Source: Candidatus Krumholzibacteriia bacterium (GTDB lineage Bacteria > Krumholzibacteriota > Krumholzibacteriia > Krumholzibacteriales > Krumholzibacteriaceae). Taken from it: 64,000 nt of DNA. Positions within the stretch are counted from its first letter, which is position 1, and the number at the start of each line of letters is the position of its first letter. Below the pieces are notes generated by a model that saw nothing but the letters and a program-made list of their open reading frames with translations, was not told the origin of the DNA and did no database searches. Made by a program: the position numbers and the translations under genes. Location: assembly GCA_963836185.1 (NCBI GenBank), contig CAWIIQ010000001.1:800001-864000 (forward strand), given 5' to 3'. Of the stretch, positions 50,470 through 60,508 are shown one piece after another.

Positions 50470-52308
50470 TCAGGAAAATGATAAAATATTTCTTAGCCAC
50501 ACCTCGAGAGAGATTATAGAGAAAATATCCGACCATGCGAAATCTGATTCTTCCTTAAGAAATTCCTCCCAGAGCGCTATGAGTTCCTCCGTTTTGAATA
50601 TTCCGCGTTCTGAGATATCGGATGCATCGAATGAAAGTCTCGCCTCGCCGGGAGTATCTGAACGCAGCCATTGTTCAAAGGGTGCGATGAAAGCTGATTT
50701 TTCCCTTTCGAAGATATGATACCTGCCGGCGAGACTGATCTCGAGGTGGCGATACTGTCCGCTGCGATGTTTGAGATGGGTTGGGACACTGAATCCAAAT
50801 TCGACCATTCTCCTGTCCATGAAGGGATGGAACAGTTCGACTCCGTTGCGGCGGGCCAGCTCGTCACATTTGCCCAATATCTTGTTGCCTTCAAAGTTTA
50901 TCATCCGGGAATATAAAAGCATATCGGTAAGATCGCTCGTCCCCGATTCGGCATAATCATCGAGGTATTTTTCATGCACCTTCCGGAAGTTACTCGTTTC
51001 AACGGCGAGGAACTCATCGATCACCTTCCCGTCCAGTTTTGAGCCGAGCCACCGCTGTCTGCCTTGGCGGAACTCTGAATATTGGCTGATGATCCCCGCC
51101 CGCGGGAACAGGCGGCTGAGCGCGCCCGCGCCCCGGCTTATCATTTCGAGCAGATAGCTGTCGAAAGGCCTGCCTGAATCCAGAAATCTGAGGAACCGGT
51201 GGATCTTATCCATTTTTATATAGGTATCCGGGATGCCGAAGACCACTTCTCCTCCGAATCCGCTCATGACTGAAGTAACACCATCCTTGCCGGCGGCGAG
51301 GGTTCCGAGATAGATATGCCAGGCTCCGACGGCAGGGGTAGGATAAGACTTCACGAGGGGGATGAGGCTTTTCCGGAAGGTGTCTTCATTAAGGACTATC
51401 TCGTGGTGGATTGTGCCAAAATGGGCTGAAACCTTCTGTATGAACCTTTCATCCGTTCCCTCCGGGTCGAGAAATATCGAGTATGTATGGACAGGTCTGT
51501 CAGTGATCGAACGCACCATGCAGAGGATCAGCGTCGAATCGACTCCACCGCTCAGAAGCATCCCGATTTCATCGCTCTGTCCAATGTTTTCCTCGAGTAC
51601 CTCCAGGAGGATTGATTCAGCAGTGTCGATCGCTTCCTTCTCATCCATCTTTTTCTTTTGTATCGGCAACTTGTAGTATTGCTCTATATCAATAGTGGAG
51701 CTACTCAAAGTAATGCAATGTCCTGGACGTACGCCTCTTACATCGATGAAAGGAGTCTCTGACGCCGGGAACGCCTTGTCGTAAAGGAAGTAGGAGATCG
51801 CCTCGAAGTCGAGTAAGGAGGAAGCGATCCCCGAACCCGTAAGCGCCTCTATCCGGGAGGCTGCCGCCACGATGCCGTTTTTGCCTGTCGAGTAAAAAAG
51901 CGGCAGGAAGCCGGAATGATCCCTGAAAACCAGTATCCGATCATTTTTGCCGTCAAAGATCGCGATATTGAAGCTGCCGTAAAGCCTGTTTACGAACTGA
52001 GAGCCTGATTGGAGGAACAAGCGGGATATGAGTTCAGCGGATCCAGAACATGGCGCAAGCCCATCCTCAAGTTTGCGGGCATTGATCAGGCTTCCGGAAA
52101 AGGCGACAGCAATCCTGTTTGCCGCGTCGTGATAGAAAGAGCTGCCATAAGCATTTCCCGAGGACGCTATCCCGAAACGTCCGGAATCATCGACGTGCAA
52201 CATTGTCTCGTCGGGTATCTCACCCGATTGGATGTGGATCATTTTCTTGAGAAGGTACCCGGGTTCTCCCGCCGAATCGAGGGAGACCGCACATATTGTG
52301 TTAATCAA
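50470..52308 (-). CDS. Asparagine-synthetase-like amidotransferase/amide ligase
   Basis: RDHSG..PLFY, LSGGVDS, SGFGGE, HPFMD and EKSAF..P..WLR. No N-terminal MC motif in frame. Confidence 0.85.
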   Translation of the reverse strand: MINTICAVSLDSAGEPGYLLKKMIHIQSGEIPDETMLHVDDSGRFGIASSGNAYGSSFYHDAANRIAVAFSGSLINARKLEDGLAPCSGSAELISRLFLQSGSQFVNRLYGSFNIAIFDGKNDRILVFRDHSGFLPLFYSTGKNGIVAAASRIEALTGSGIASSLLDFEAISYFLYDKAFPASETPFIDVRGVRPGHCITLSSSTIDIEQYYKLPIQKKKMDEKEAIDTAESILLEVLEENIGQSDEIGMLLSGGVDSTLILCMVRSITDRPVHTYSIFLDPEGTDERFIQKVSAHFGTIHHEIVLNEDTFRKSLIPLVKSYPTPAVGAWHIYLGTLAAGKDGVTSVMSGFGGEVVFGIPDTYIKMDKIHRFLRFLDSGRPFDSYLLEMISRGAGALSRLFPRAGIISQYSEFRQGRQRWLGSKLDGKVIDEFLAVETSNFRKVHEKYLDDYAESGTSDLTDMLLYSRMINFEGNKILGKCDELARRNGVELFHPFMDRRMVEFGFSVPTHLKHRSGQYRHLEISLAGRYHIFEREKSAFIAPFEQWLRSDTPGEARLSFDASDISERGIFKTEELIALWEEFLKEESDFAWSDIFSIISLEVWLRNILSFS

Positions 52309-52348
52309 ATCGTTCGTGTCCTTTCAGTTATCAGCAATGGCAAAGATG

Positions 52349-53578
52349 TTATTTTACGAGTTTCTCTTTCAGTCTGGACTTCGTGGTCCGGTACAGGCTC
52401 CTGCAGTATCCGGTCAGGAAACTCGAAACAACCGTCTTTGTCTTCTGATATACACTGAACGGTCTCGCAGCGAGGAGTTCCTCGTAAAGCAGTTCCAGTT
52501 TCTCCGCCCCGGCTCTGTACCCGTAGTTTTCGATTACGTATCCCCTGGAGAATGCAGCGAGACTCTTGTATGTATCCCTGTCGCTGATGATCTCTGCGAT
52601 CATATCGGCCAGTTCTGACGGCTCCCGCGGGGAGTCGATGTTCCTTCCAGCGAAGTTGTAGTACTGCAGTTCCTCGACCGTGTCGCTCCTGACGACTCCG
52701 GCCAGGCCGTTCTCGCCGACGATACATGTCGGTTTGCTTGTTGCCATCCCCTCGAAAGCGGACCTGCCGATCCCGATGACGATATTGGACCAGGACAGGA
52801 ATTCAGGAGTACGGTCAATACTCCCGAGAAGTATTATCACCTTACGCCCGTATCTGGCATTTATACCGTCCGCGTACTTTTCGAAACGCTCTCTCAGCGG
52901 GCCGTCCCCCGCTATGGCAAGCGTTACTTCCATGCCTTTTTCCGCCATTAACCCGGCCGCGTCCATCGCGTTGTAAACTGACCCGGCCTTCGGGACATCA
53001 AGCCTGCTCATGAAAGCGAGCTTTGTTCCGCTGCCGGGCAGACCCTTCTCTTCGACGAAGCCGGACCAGTCGATATCGACGCTGAACCTGTCGAGATCGA
53101 CACGGTTAGGCATTACGATCATCTCTCCGGCATGCTTGCCGATATACGGCCTGGCGTGATCGAGGAATTCCTCGGCAACGAAGATCACCTTTCCCGGGTA
53201 ATCAGGATAGGTGAACGTGCCCTGGAACCACACAGCGGTAAAGACGACGGGAATGTCCTTTCGCGGGGCGATCATAAGGGAGAGAAAATAGTGATTAGGG
53301 TGAAAGACATGAACGATGTCTATCGAATAATCCTCTATAGTCTTTTTAAGGATGCGTCCGGCTTTACAATTGAGGTGAAACATCAGAGGAAGGGAGGCAT
53401 GGTACGGTGCGGAGATCAGAGGTATCCCGGTCTTCTCGAGGAGTTCCTCGTACATTCCGCCCTCTTTCGAGAAGAAATATACCTGGTGGCCCCGTTCCTT
53501 CAGCCCTTTAGCCAGGGTGATGGAGGTCTTGGGCGCTCCCCCTAGATCAAGCCATGGATAGCAGAAAAGGATACGCAT
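52349..53578 (-). CDS. Glycosyltransferase family 4-like
   Basis: GGAP, PNRVD, SRLD..K, GDGP and GRSAFEGMA. Confidence 0.85.
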   Translation of the reverse strand: MRILFCYPWLDLGGAPKTSITLAKGLKERGHQVYFFSKEGGMYEELLEKTGIPLISAPYHASLPLMFHLNCKAGRILKKTIEDYSIDIVHVFHPNHYFLSLMIAPRKDIPVVFTAVWFQGTFTYPDYPGKVIFVAEEFLDHARPYIGKHAGEMIVMPNRVDLDRFSVDIDWSGFVEEKGLPGSGTKLAFMSRLDVPKAGSVYNAMDAAGLMAEKGMEVTLAIAGDGPLRERFEKYADGINARYGRKVIILLGSIDRTPEFLSWSNIVIGIGRSAFEGMATSKPTCIVGENGLAGVVRSDTVEELQYYNFAGRNIDSPREPSELADMIAEIISDRDTYKSLAAFSRGYVIENYGYRAGAEKLELLYEELLAARPFSVYQKTKTVVSSFLTGYCRSLYRTTKSRLKEKLVK

Positions 53579-53837
53579 GAAATATCAACGCTTTCGATAA
53601 GATCAATCGTTACAGAGAATTCCGGAGGCTTTAATCCAGCCTTTCCTTCATCGGGCATATATTATACAATATCAGGATGGTACAAGTCTTGCGAAAAGTA
53701 TGTCACAACGCAAGTTATGCTAAAAATCCTGTTAGATGACAGGAAAACTGGCATTACTATGGTCTGCATAGCGTATCATGTGTATATCGGCAGTACCGGT
53801 AAGTGTCGAACGGCAGACAGTTCGCAACGAGGTCAGG

Positions 53838-55031
53838 ATGAGAAGGCTGCATTTATGGAAGGATGATCTGGTCAGATCTGGCGACAGCGTGACCGTGGGT
53901 GTCACCATCGAGGATGACAGCGGGGTCAGGCGGAAGCTCTGGCATAGGATACCATCCCGTTTCGCGAAAAATCTTACGGAATCATACAACCCTTTCGTCG
54001 TGGGGACGATATTTGCCGCTATGAGGGAATCGAGTGATATCGTCGTTCATGGTGAGGTGTCAAGAAAGCTGCTCGAAAACCTCGAGGAATTCCAGGCAGT
54101 ATGGGCTCGCTGGCGCCCAGAAACATATACCAGGATCGAGATCACCGCGGATTCTGAATCCGACGATTTCGCTGGAAGGAAATCGGACAGCGCTATGGCG
54201 GCATTTTCTGCAGGAGTGGACAGTTCCTTCACGGTCTACAGCCATAATAAGGGGCTCTGCGGAAGGCTGAACAGGGACATAAGGACCGGGATGTTCATCC
54301 ATGGATTCAACATAGTGCTGGACAGGGAGGATATCTTCAAGAAGGCAGCCTACCATGCGGAGATGATGATGAACAGCCTGGGTATCGATCTGATGCTTGT
54401 CGCTACTAACTTCAGGGACCTGGGTGCCCATTTCGGGGACTCGCATGCCGCCGAGATAGCATCCTGCGTACTGATGTTCGAGAATTCCTACTCCACATGC
54501 CTTATAGCGAGCTCGAAACCGTATGAAGATCTTACTCTGCCATGGGGTTCCAATCCCATAACGGACAGGCTCCTTTCTACCGACAGGCTCGAGTTTGTTC
54601 ACGATGGAGCGACACATTCGAGATGCGAGAAGGTGGAGGTCCTCTCTGACTGGCAGGAAGCCAGGAAATATCTCAGGGTATGCTGGAAGCTCGATAACCT
54701 GGAAAAGAACTGTTGCGTATGTGAAAAATGCATCCGCACGATATTGAATTTTCGTGTCCTTGACAAGGGCCTGCCGGAATGTTTTGAGCATGACGTTTCA
54801 GACAGCAGGATAGCCGCGATGAAGGGACTCAATCCGTCATCCATCGATCTTTTTGAGGAGATACTCCAGGAGGCAGAGGAACGTTCAGTGACCGGATCGT
54901 GGGTGTCAGAGCTGCGCAAGAGCGTCAAAAGGAACAGAAGAGCCAGCACTGGATGGCAACAGAAGGTCCACGACATGAGAAACAGGTATGCCGTCGGAAC
55001 CCGCCTGAGAAGGAAGTTGTCCGGGAATTAG
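53838..55031 (+). CDS. Uncharacterised PP-loop (adenine-nucleotide alpha-hydrolase-like) protein with C-terminal Cys cluster
   Basis: FSAGVDS, WGSNP..D, HDG..R.EK and LRVCW...NCCVCEKCIRT. Confidence 0.7.
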   Translation: MRRLHLWKDDLVRSGDSVTVGVTIEDDSGVRRKLWHRIPSRFAKNLTESYNPFVVGTIFAAMRESSDIVVHGEVSRKLLENLEEFQAVWARWRPETYTRIEITADSESDDFAGRKSDSAMAAFSAGVDSSFTVYSHNKGLCGRLNRDIRTGMFIHGFNIVLDREDIFKKAAYHAEMMMNSLGIDLMLVATNFRDLGAHFGDSHAAEIASCVLMFENSYSTCLIASSKPYEDLTLPWGSNPITDRLLSTDRLEFVHDGATHSRCEKVEVLSDWQEARKYLRVCWKLDNLEKNCCVCEKCIRTILNFRVLDKGLPECFEHDVSDSRIAAMKGLNPSSIDLFEEILQEAEERSVTGSWVSELRKSVKRNRRASTGWQQKVHDMRNRYAVGTRLRRKLSGN

Positions 55032-55089
55032 CACAGAAACGAAAGAGCCTGTACCTTATCGGCTCCACCCTCACTTCGCTGTAACAGTT

Positions 55090-57684
55090 ATGAATGACAG
55101 GCAAAAAATCAGTGTATCAAGCAGATATAGAGACACTGTCCTTGCCGGGACACTGTTAGTGCTGCAAATGATCCTGATAAAATTCGCCGCTTCAGTTCCC
55201 TCGCATCATTTATTGTTCATTTTCTTCTTCATCAACATGATTCTCGTGCCGGGATATTTCCTCTCCAGATTCTTCTTTGCACGGATAGATCTTCCGGGGC
55301 GCTTATTGCTGGCATTCATCTTCGGGACCTCGATCATATTTTCCATTCTTATGATATTGGCGCTGTTTCGACTCGATCTTTTCTATCTCGGAATTGCCGT
55401 TCCGGCCATGTCGGTGATCCTATCCCTCGGCATGATTCGACGCGAGAATGACACTTCCGATGTGAATGTCGAGCGGCGATGGCCCTCTGCCGTTTCCAGG
55501 CGCGATCAGATCCTCCTCCTCCTTATTCTCCTGTCAGCAGGCATTCTGATAATAGCTAAAGGTGACCCGATGCTATACACGAGCGATTCGGCCGGACAGA
55601 TCTCGTATATCCGGACCGTTTCCAGAACTCACGAGGCCTTCCCGGAACAGAACCTGTACAGAGACGGAGGGATTCTGACAAGGGACATACGGAAGGGGCT
55701 CATGCATTCAGCGTGGGGAGCGATCGATCTCCTTACCGGCAGGATAGACGTATATGAGATCTGGCCGCTGATCTCCCTGATAAGTTCGGTATTTACGATC
55801 CTCGCCTTTTTCTGCATTGGATGGTTCATATTCAGGAGCCCGCCTGTAGGATTGATAGCAGCTTTGATCTTCGTTTTCATCTATGGTAACGGGCTAGCTT
55901 CTAACAAGCTCATTACAACGGCCTACTCTTTTCCGATAGGCAAGACTTTCTCGATGACTTTCCTGATCTCGATTCTGTGCTATCTGCGAAGTGACAGGAA
56001 AGAGTGGCTGGCCCTGATGGCCGCCGCCTCGTTCGCAGGCGCAGGAACACATATCGGGCATTTTTTTGTGTGTGCCTTTATCATCTTTTACGTGGTGGCG
56101 GGAAAGTATATCGAGGGCCCCTCTACAGAGAGAAAGAAGCTGATCACTCAGACGCTGCCGTTAGTGGCTGCGATAACAGCTGGTGTGAATTTTCCATATC
56201 TTCTGATGCGATATTTCCGCGACTACGCGCCGAACAATGACATCCACACTCATCTGCAGGGGATATTCAGGATCTCGGAAGATCTTTATACTCTCAATCC
56301 CGTTGTATATTTCAAGCAGACCGGGATCATAATATTTCTCGGGCTGCTGTCGATATTCATTCTATGGAAACCGTCTCGAAAGGACGGGGACCTCAGGATC
56401 CTGTTGTGGGGGAACATCGCCCTGTGGCTTCTGTTATTCAACCCGGTCTTGTTCCCGCCAATGCTCGAAGTAATTTCCTATCTCGTGATGAGACTAAGGG
56501 TTGCAGTGCCAGTATCCCTGCTGGTAGGGATGCTGGTCAAGGTTCTCTGGGACAGGATGAGAGGCAGGCGGGACTTGATTTCCGCGAAGGTCGCTGTTGT
56601 GGGCTGGGCGGTTCTGATCATCCTGACAGGGTATCAACTGTCAGTTGCCCGCCGATCTTTCGCCTATTCTCGAGATCCCGTCCGGGCGTCCAGTTTCAGC
56701 TGCCTCAACATCTCTGAGCTCTATGAACGGATAAACTCTGTGGTGCCGGCACAGAGTGTCGTAGTATCAGATCCGATAACGAGCTACTGCATACCCGCGT
56801 TCACTGATCAATATATCGTATGCACTAACAGCCAGCATTCGATCCCGAATGATTCGACCGCTCTTGAACGCATAGATGAGTGCCGGAAGATAATCTCTCC
56901 ACTTTCATCTCTGAGCGATATAGCCGGTGTTATTAAAAAATATGACGTTGGCTATATTGCTATAAACGGCAGGATCCCGTTGGCGACTGGAACGCTTTAC
57001 TGGAAACCGGACCGCTGGATGGCTGGTGAAGCGATAACGAGGTTTGAGGCGAATCCTATGTTCTTCGAGCTCTTATACAGGGAAGATGACATCGCTCTTT
57101 TCAGGATAACGGAGAGTTTTCTTGTTGAGGGTGTTAATGTTGAGGACGGGGATTCCGCCGAGAGATATGTGGGTGGATCGGTCCCGCCCGTCGAGCTGCC
57201 CGGGCTTTCGCCGTCAGGCTTTTCCGGTATATATATAAGATCGCTTAAAGCCGACAGGCAGTCAGTCTCTCGAGGGGAAAAGCTAGAACTGGAAATAGAG
57301 TGGGTGCTTGAGAGACAGTGCGAATACAGGAGTTATATCGTCCATATACGCTTCGATACGGATTATAACAAGGGTGCTCTGTACAATGATCATTACGGAA
57401 AGATCTACAGGAAGATCGTTGAAAAAAGAAATAACGGCAGGTTTCGTTTTCGCATCGACCATCTGCCCTTCAACGGGATATTCACCCCCGACATGTGGCC
57501 CCTGTTCAGAGTGATAAAAGACAAGGTCGTTGTGAATATTCCCTATGATATAGTTCCGGGAGAGTACATGATATCGGTCAGGATGTCTGAGAGCACTCAG
57601 TACCCGAATTACAGTCTCAAGGACCTTCTGTCAGACGACGACTCCTTTGACGGGCCAAATATGGCAAGGATTATTGTTGAATAA
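55090..57684 (+). CDS. Large polytopic membrane protein, GT-C-like, with C-terminal extracytoplasmic domain
   Basis: Many TM helices, SD motif in the first large loop (YTSDSAGQ), VVVSDP..IPAFT, and KYDVGYI. Confidence 0.65.
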   Translation: MNDRQKISVSSRYRDTVLAGTLLVLQMILIKFAASVPSHHLLFIFFFINMILVPGYFLSRFFFARIDLPGRLLLAFIFGTSIIFSILMILALFRLDLFYLGIAVPAMSVILSLGMIRRENDTSDVNVERRWPSAVSRRDQILLLLILLSAGILIIAKGDPMLYTSDSAGQISYIRTVSRTHEAFPEQNLYRDGGILTRDIRKGLMHSAWGAIDLLTGRIDVYEIWPLISLISSVFTILAFFCIGWFIFRSPPVGLIAALIFVFIYGNGLASNKLITTAYSFPIGKTFSMTFLISILCYLRSDRKEWLALMAAASFAGAGTHIGHFFVCAFIIFYVVAGKYIEGPSTERKKLITQTLPLVAAITAGVNFPYLLMRYFRDYAPNNDIHTHLQGIFRISEDLYTLNPVVYFKQTGIIIFLGLLSIFILWKPSRKDGDLRILLWGNIALWLLLFNPVLFPPMLEVISYLVMRLRVAVPVSLLVGMLVKVLWDRMRGRRDLISAKVAVVGWAVLIILTGYQLSVARRSFAYSRDPVRASSFSCLNISELYERINSVVPAQSVVVSDPITSYCIPAFTDQYIVCTNSQHSIPNDSTALERIDECRKIISPLSSLSDIAGVIKKYDVGYIAINGRIPLATGTLYWKPDRWMAGEAITRFEANPMFFELLYREDDIALFRITESFLVEGVNVEDGDSAERYVGGSVPPVELPGLSPSGFSGIYIRSLKADRQSVSRGEKLELEIEWVLERQCEYRSYIVHIRFDTDYNKGALYNDHYGKIYRKIVEKRNNGRFRFRIDHLPFNGIFTPDMWPLFRVIKDKVVVNIPYDIVPGEYMISVRMSESTQYPNYSLKDLLSDDDSFDGPNMARIIVE

Positions 57685-57694
57685 AAGGTGAATC

Positions 57695-58279
57695 ATGCGA
57701 AAGCCCACATCCTTTATCGATTGTTTTACTATCGACCTGGGTCAGTGGAGGGGCGATCTCAGGGCCAGGGATTATATACGTAATTATTTCTTCAACTCAG
57801 GGTACTACGCCGTTTTGTGTTACAGGCTGGCACGCTACTTCATGTTCAAGAAATTCACTCCGTTCGGCAAAGGGATTCCTTTCCTGTCTTCTCTGCTGGT
57901 TCGTCACGGTATATCAAGGTCTGGCTGCGAGATAAATTGCGGCGCGGAGATAGATGAAGGCCTGATAGTGGACCATAGCCCGGGGATCGTGATAGGAGCA
58001 GGAGTCAGGATCGGTAGAAAGGTCAAGATATTCAGCGGAGTGACGATCGGTGGAAAGAACCTGAAAAGAAACGAGCCCGATAAGAATGAAAGATATCCGA
58101 TTATTGGCGATGAAGTCGTTATTTTCACAGGAGCCAAGGTCTTGGGAGGCGTACAGGTCGGCGACCGGGCCATAATAGGCGCTAACGCAGTTGTGCTTGA
58201 GTCTGTTCCGGAAGGCGCGATTGCTGCTGGAATACCAGCGAAAGTCATTTCGCGGGGAGGCTCGTCATCTCATTCATAA
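57695..58279 (+). CDS. Serine-O-acetyltransferase-like (CysE/WcaB-type) LbH acetyltransferase
   Basis: H..GIVIG, GVTIGG, PIIGD.V...GAKVLG, IGANAVV and AGIPAK. Confidence 0.88.
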   Translation: MRKPTSFIDCFTIDLGQWRGDLRARDYIRNYFFNSGYYAVLCYRLARYFMFKKFTPFGKGIPFLSSLLVRHGISRSGCEINCGAEIDEGLIVDHSPGIVIGAGVRIGRKVKIFSGVTIGGKNLKRNEPDKNERYPIIGDEVVIFTGAKVLGGVQVGDRAIIGANAVVLESVPEGAIAAGIPAKVISRGGSSSHS

Positions 58280-59601
58280 AGAAAGCTGCAGGGATATTAT
58301 TTTCAAATATCACTTCGATGATTATGAGTGTCGGCGCGGGAGTGATCATAGCCAGGGTGCTTGGCCCCGAGAAGAGAGGCTATTTCGGGCTTATCATAAT
58401 GGCATGTACCCTGCTTTTCACTTTGGGACACCTGGGAATCGGCTCTGCTATAGCGTATTACACAGGAAAACGGATATACGACCGAAAAAAGATCTTAAAA
58501 TTCCTCGTAGTTTCCTCTTTCGTGCTGGGATCGACAGTCTCGATCATATTCTACTTCACGTACGAGCACATCGGTAATATCTGGATCGATATTCCGCAGT
58601 CGCTGATGTTGATCGGGCTGGTTTCTGTCCCGTTCTACTTCCTGTACAGTTTTCTCGACAGATTCCTGCTGGCGGCACTCCGGATCAGGAAGTCGAATAT
58701 CGTGAGAGTCCTCAACAGTTTTTTCTATCTCATCATGCTTGTTGTCTTCGTCCTTATCCTTAAAGGCGGTTTAAAGGAAGCCGTGGCAGTCTACGCCGTT
58801 TCCTTCTTCTTATCGAGCACTCTCGCTTTTCTTTTGTTTACGAAAGAATTCAGGCCGATGGGAAAGCTTGATCTCTCCATGACAGGGCCTTTCCTCAACT
58901 ACGGGATCAGGGCCTATCTGATAATGATATTCAATTTCCTCAACTACAAGATCGGTGTGATCCAGGTCAAACATTATCTTACCGTAAGTGATGTAAGCTA
59001 TTTTCAGATCGCGGCCGGGATTGCGCAACGATTCTGGTATTTCCCGAACGCTATGAGTGTTCTGTTGTTCCCGACGCTTATGGCGATGGGAACGGGTTCA
59101 GCCCAGTTTTCGGCAAAGGTATGCAGGAATAACCTTTACATAATGCTGGCACTCGCCGTAGTCGCGATATTCATAACTCGTCCGGTAGTCATACTTCTAT
59201 ACGGAATAGAATATGAACCGGTCAGTTATGCCTTGTACGCTCTTCTCTGGGGGATAGTCATATTCCCATTCTATAAATTTATTATGGCATATTTCTTTTC
59301 TGAACGAAAACTGGGAGTCTGCATATTTGCTACTGTCATAGGTATTGGCGTAAACATTACTGCCAATATTATCCTGATTCCCAGGTACGGCGTAGTTGGA
59401 GCGGGCATGGCCTCAAGTATCTCGTATTCAGTGCTTGCGATAATACTTCTCCTGTTCTTCCGTTCTTCCACAGGCATAAAATTCAGGGATATACTCGTGC
59501 CTAACAGGGAAGATTTCAGGATGTATGCGAGGGTGATGAAAAACTCACATCTTAAACTGAAAAGCCTTTTTAGGAAGGATTCTTCACCAGAACCTAAATG
59601 A
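58267..59601 (+). CDS. wzx: Wzx-type polysaccharide flippase
   Basis: IARVLGPE..G, LGI, LIPRYGVVGAGMASSISY and many TMs. The frame extends to an ATC codon at 58267, 6 nt after GGAGG. Confidence 0.85.
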   Translation: MSFIKKAAGILFSNITSMIMSVGAGVIIARVLGPEKRGYFGLIIMACTLLFTLGHLGIGSAIAYYTGKRIYDRKKILKFLVVSSFVLGSTVSIIFYFTYEHIGNIWIDIPQSLMLIGLVSVPFYFLYSFLDRFLLAALRIRKSNIVRVLNSFFYLIMLVVFVLILKGGLKEAVAVYAVSFFLSSTLAFLLFTKEFRPMGKLDLSMTGPFLNYGIRAYLIMIFNFLNYKIGVIQVKHYLTVSDVSYFQIAAGIAQRFWYFPNAMSVLLFPTLMAMGTGSAQFSAKVCRNNLYIMLALAVVAIFITRPVVILLYGIEYEPVSYALYALLWGIVIFPFYKFIMAYFFSERKLGVCIFATVIGIGVNITANIILIPRYGVVGAGMASSISYSVLAIILLLFFRSSTGIKFRDILVPNREDFRMYARVMKNSHLKLKSLFRKDSSPEPK

Positions 59602-60508
59602 GCGGGTCGAGTATCTCGTTCTCAAGCTCCAGGTAAACCCCGGACTTTTCAAAGACTCTTCTGCGCATCATCGCTATCAGCTCTACTATATCCGAGGATG
59701 TAGCGCCGCCGATGTTGATGATGAAGTTAGCGTGTCGAGTACTTACGGACGCTCCCCCCACGGTCAGGCCCTTGCATCCTGCTTCTTCGATGAGGCGGCC
59801 GGCGTAGTCACCGGGTGGTCTTTTAAAAACACTTCCGGCATTAGGTTCATCGAGCGGATACTTTTCCTGTCTTTCGGCGAATATTTTCTCGATGCCCTCC
59901 CGGATCGACGCCGGGCTGCCTTCCTGCAGCTTGAATATTGCCCTGAGTATGAGCCAGTCAGTCTTCTGAAATGCGCTGGTCCTGTAGCCGAACGAGAGCT
60001 CCTCGGCGGAAAAGGACCTCTTTGTGCCGTTTCCCGTTACGACTTCAACCTCTTCGAGCAGTGAACCGGTGTCGCCGTCTTTTGTGCCGGCATTCATGAA
60101 TATCGCGCCGCCAACTGTGCCCGGGATTCCGGCAATAGGTTCGAACCCGCGAAGGCCCTTCTCCGCTGCCGCCCTCGCGAGTTCGATCAGGGTGACGCCC
60201 GCGTCTGCGACGATCATATTATTGCCGGGAAAATCCAGCCTGGCCGACTGGTTCTGCAGTTTCAGTACTATTCCAGCGATACCGGCGTCAGGCGCGATCA
60301 CGTTCGAGCCTGCACCGAGGACCGTCAGGGGGATCGATTCTTTCTTCGCGTAACCGAATATCCATGCGGCTCCCTCGGAGGAATCAGGGCAGACCAGGCA
60401 TTCGGCTTTCCCGCCGACCTTGTAGGTAGTGTGACAGGACAGAGGTTCCCCCGCGAGTACTGCACCATCCATATTGTCGCTGATTATCCTGAGAGCTTCG
60501 TCTTTCAT
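59594..60508 (-). CDS. murB: UDP-N-acetylenolpyruvoylglucosamine reductase
   Basis: HTTYKVGG, LGAGSN, GIPGTVGGAIFMNAG, FGYRTS, NAGSVFK and HANFI. Confidence 0.93.
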   Translation of the reverse strand: MKDEALRIISDNMDGAVLAGEPLSCHTTYKVGGKAECLVCPDSSEGAAWIFGYAKKESIPLTVLGAGSNVIAPDAGIAGIVLKLQNQSARLDFPGNNMIVADAGVTLIELARAAAEKGLRGFEPIAGIPGTVGGAIFMNAGTKDGDTGSLLEEVEVVTGNGTKRSFSAEELSFGYRTSAFQKTDWLILRAIFKLQEGSPASIREGIEKIFAERQEKYPLDEPNAGSVFKRPPGDYAGRLIEEAGCKGLTVGGASVSTRHANFIINIGGATSSDIVELIAMMRRRVFEKSGVYLELENEILDPLI

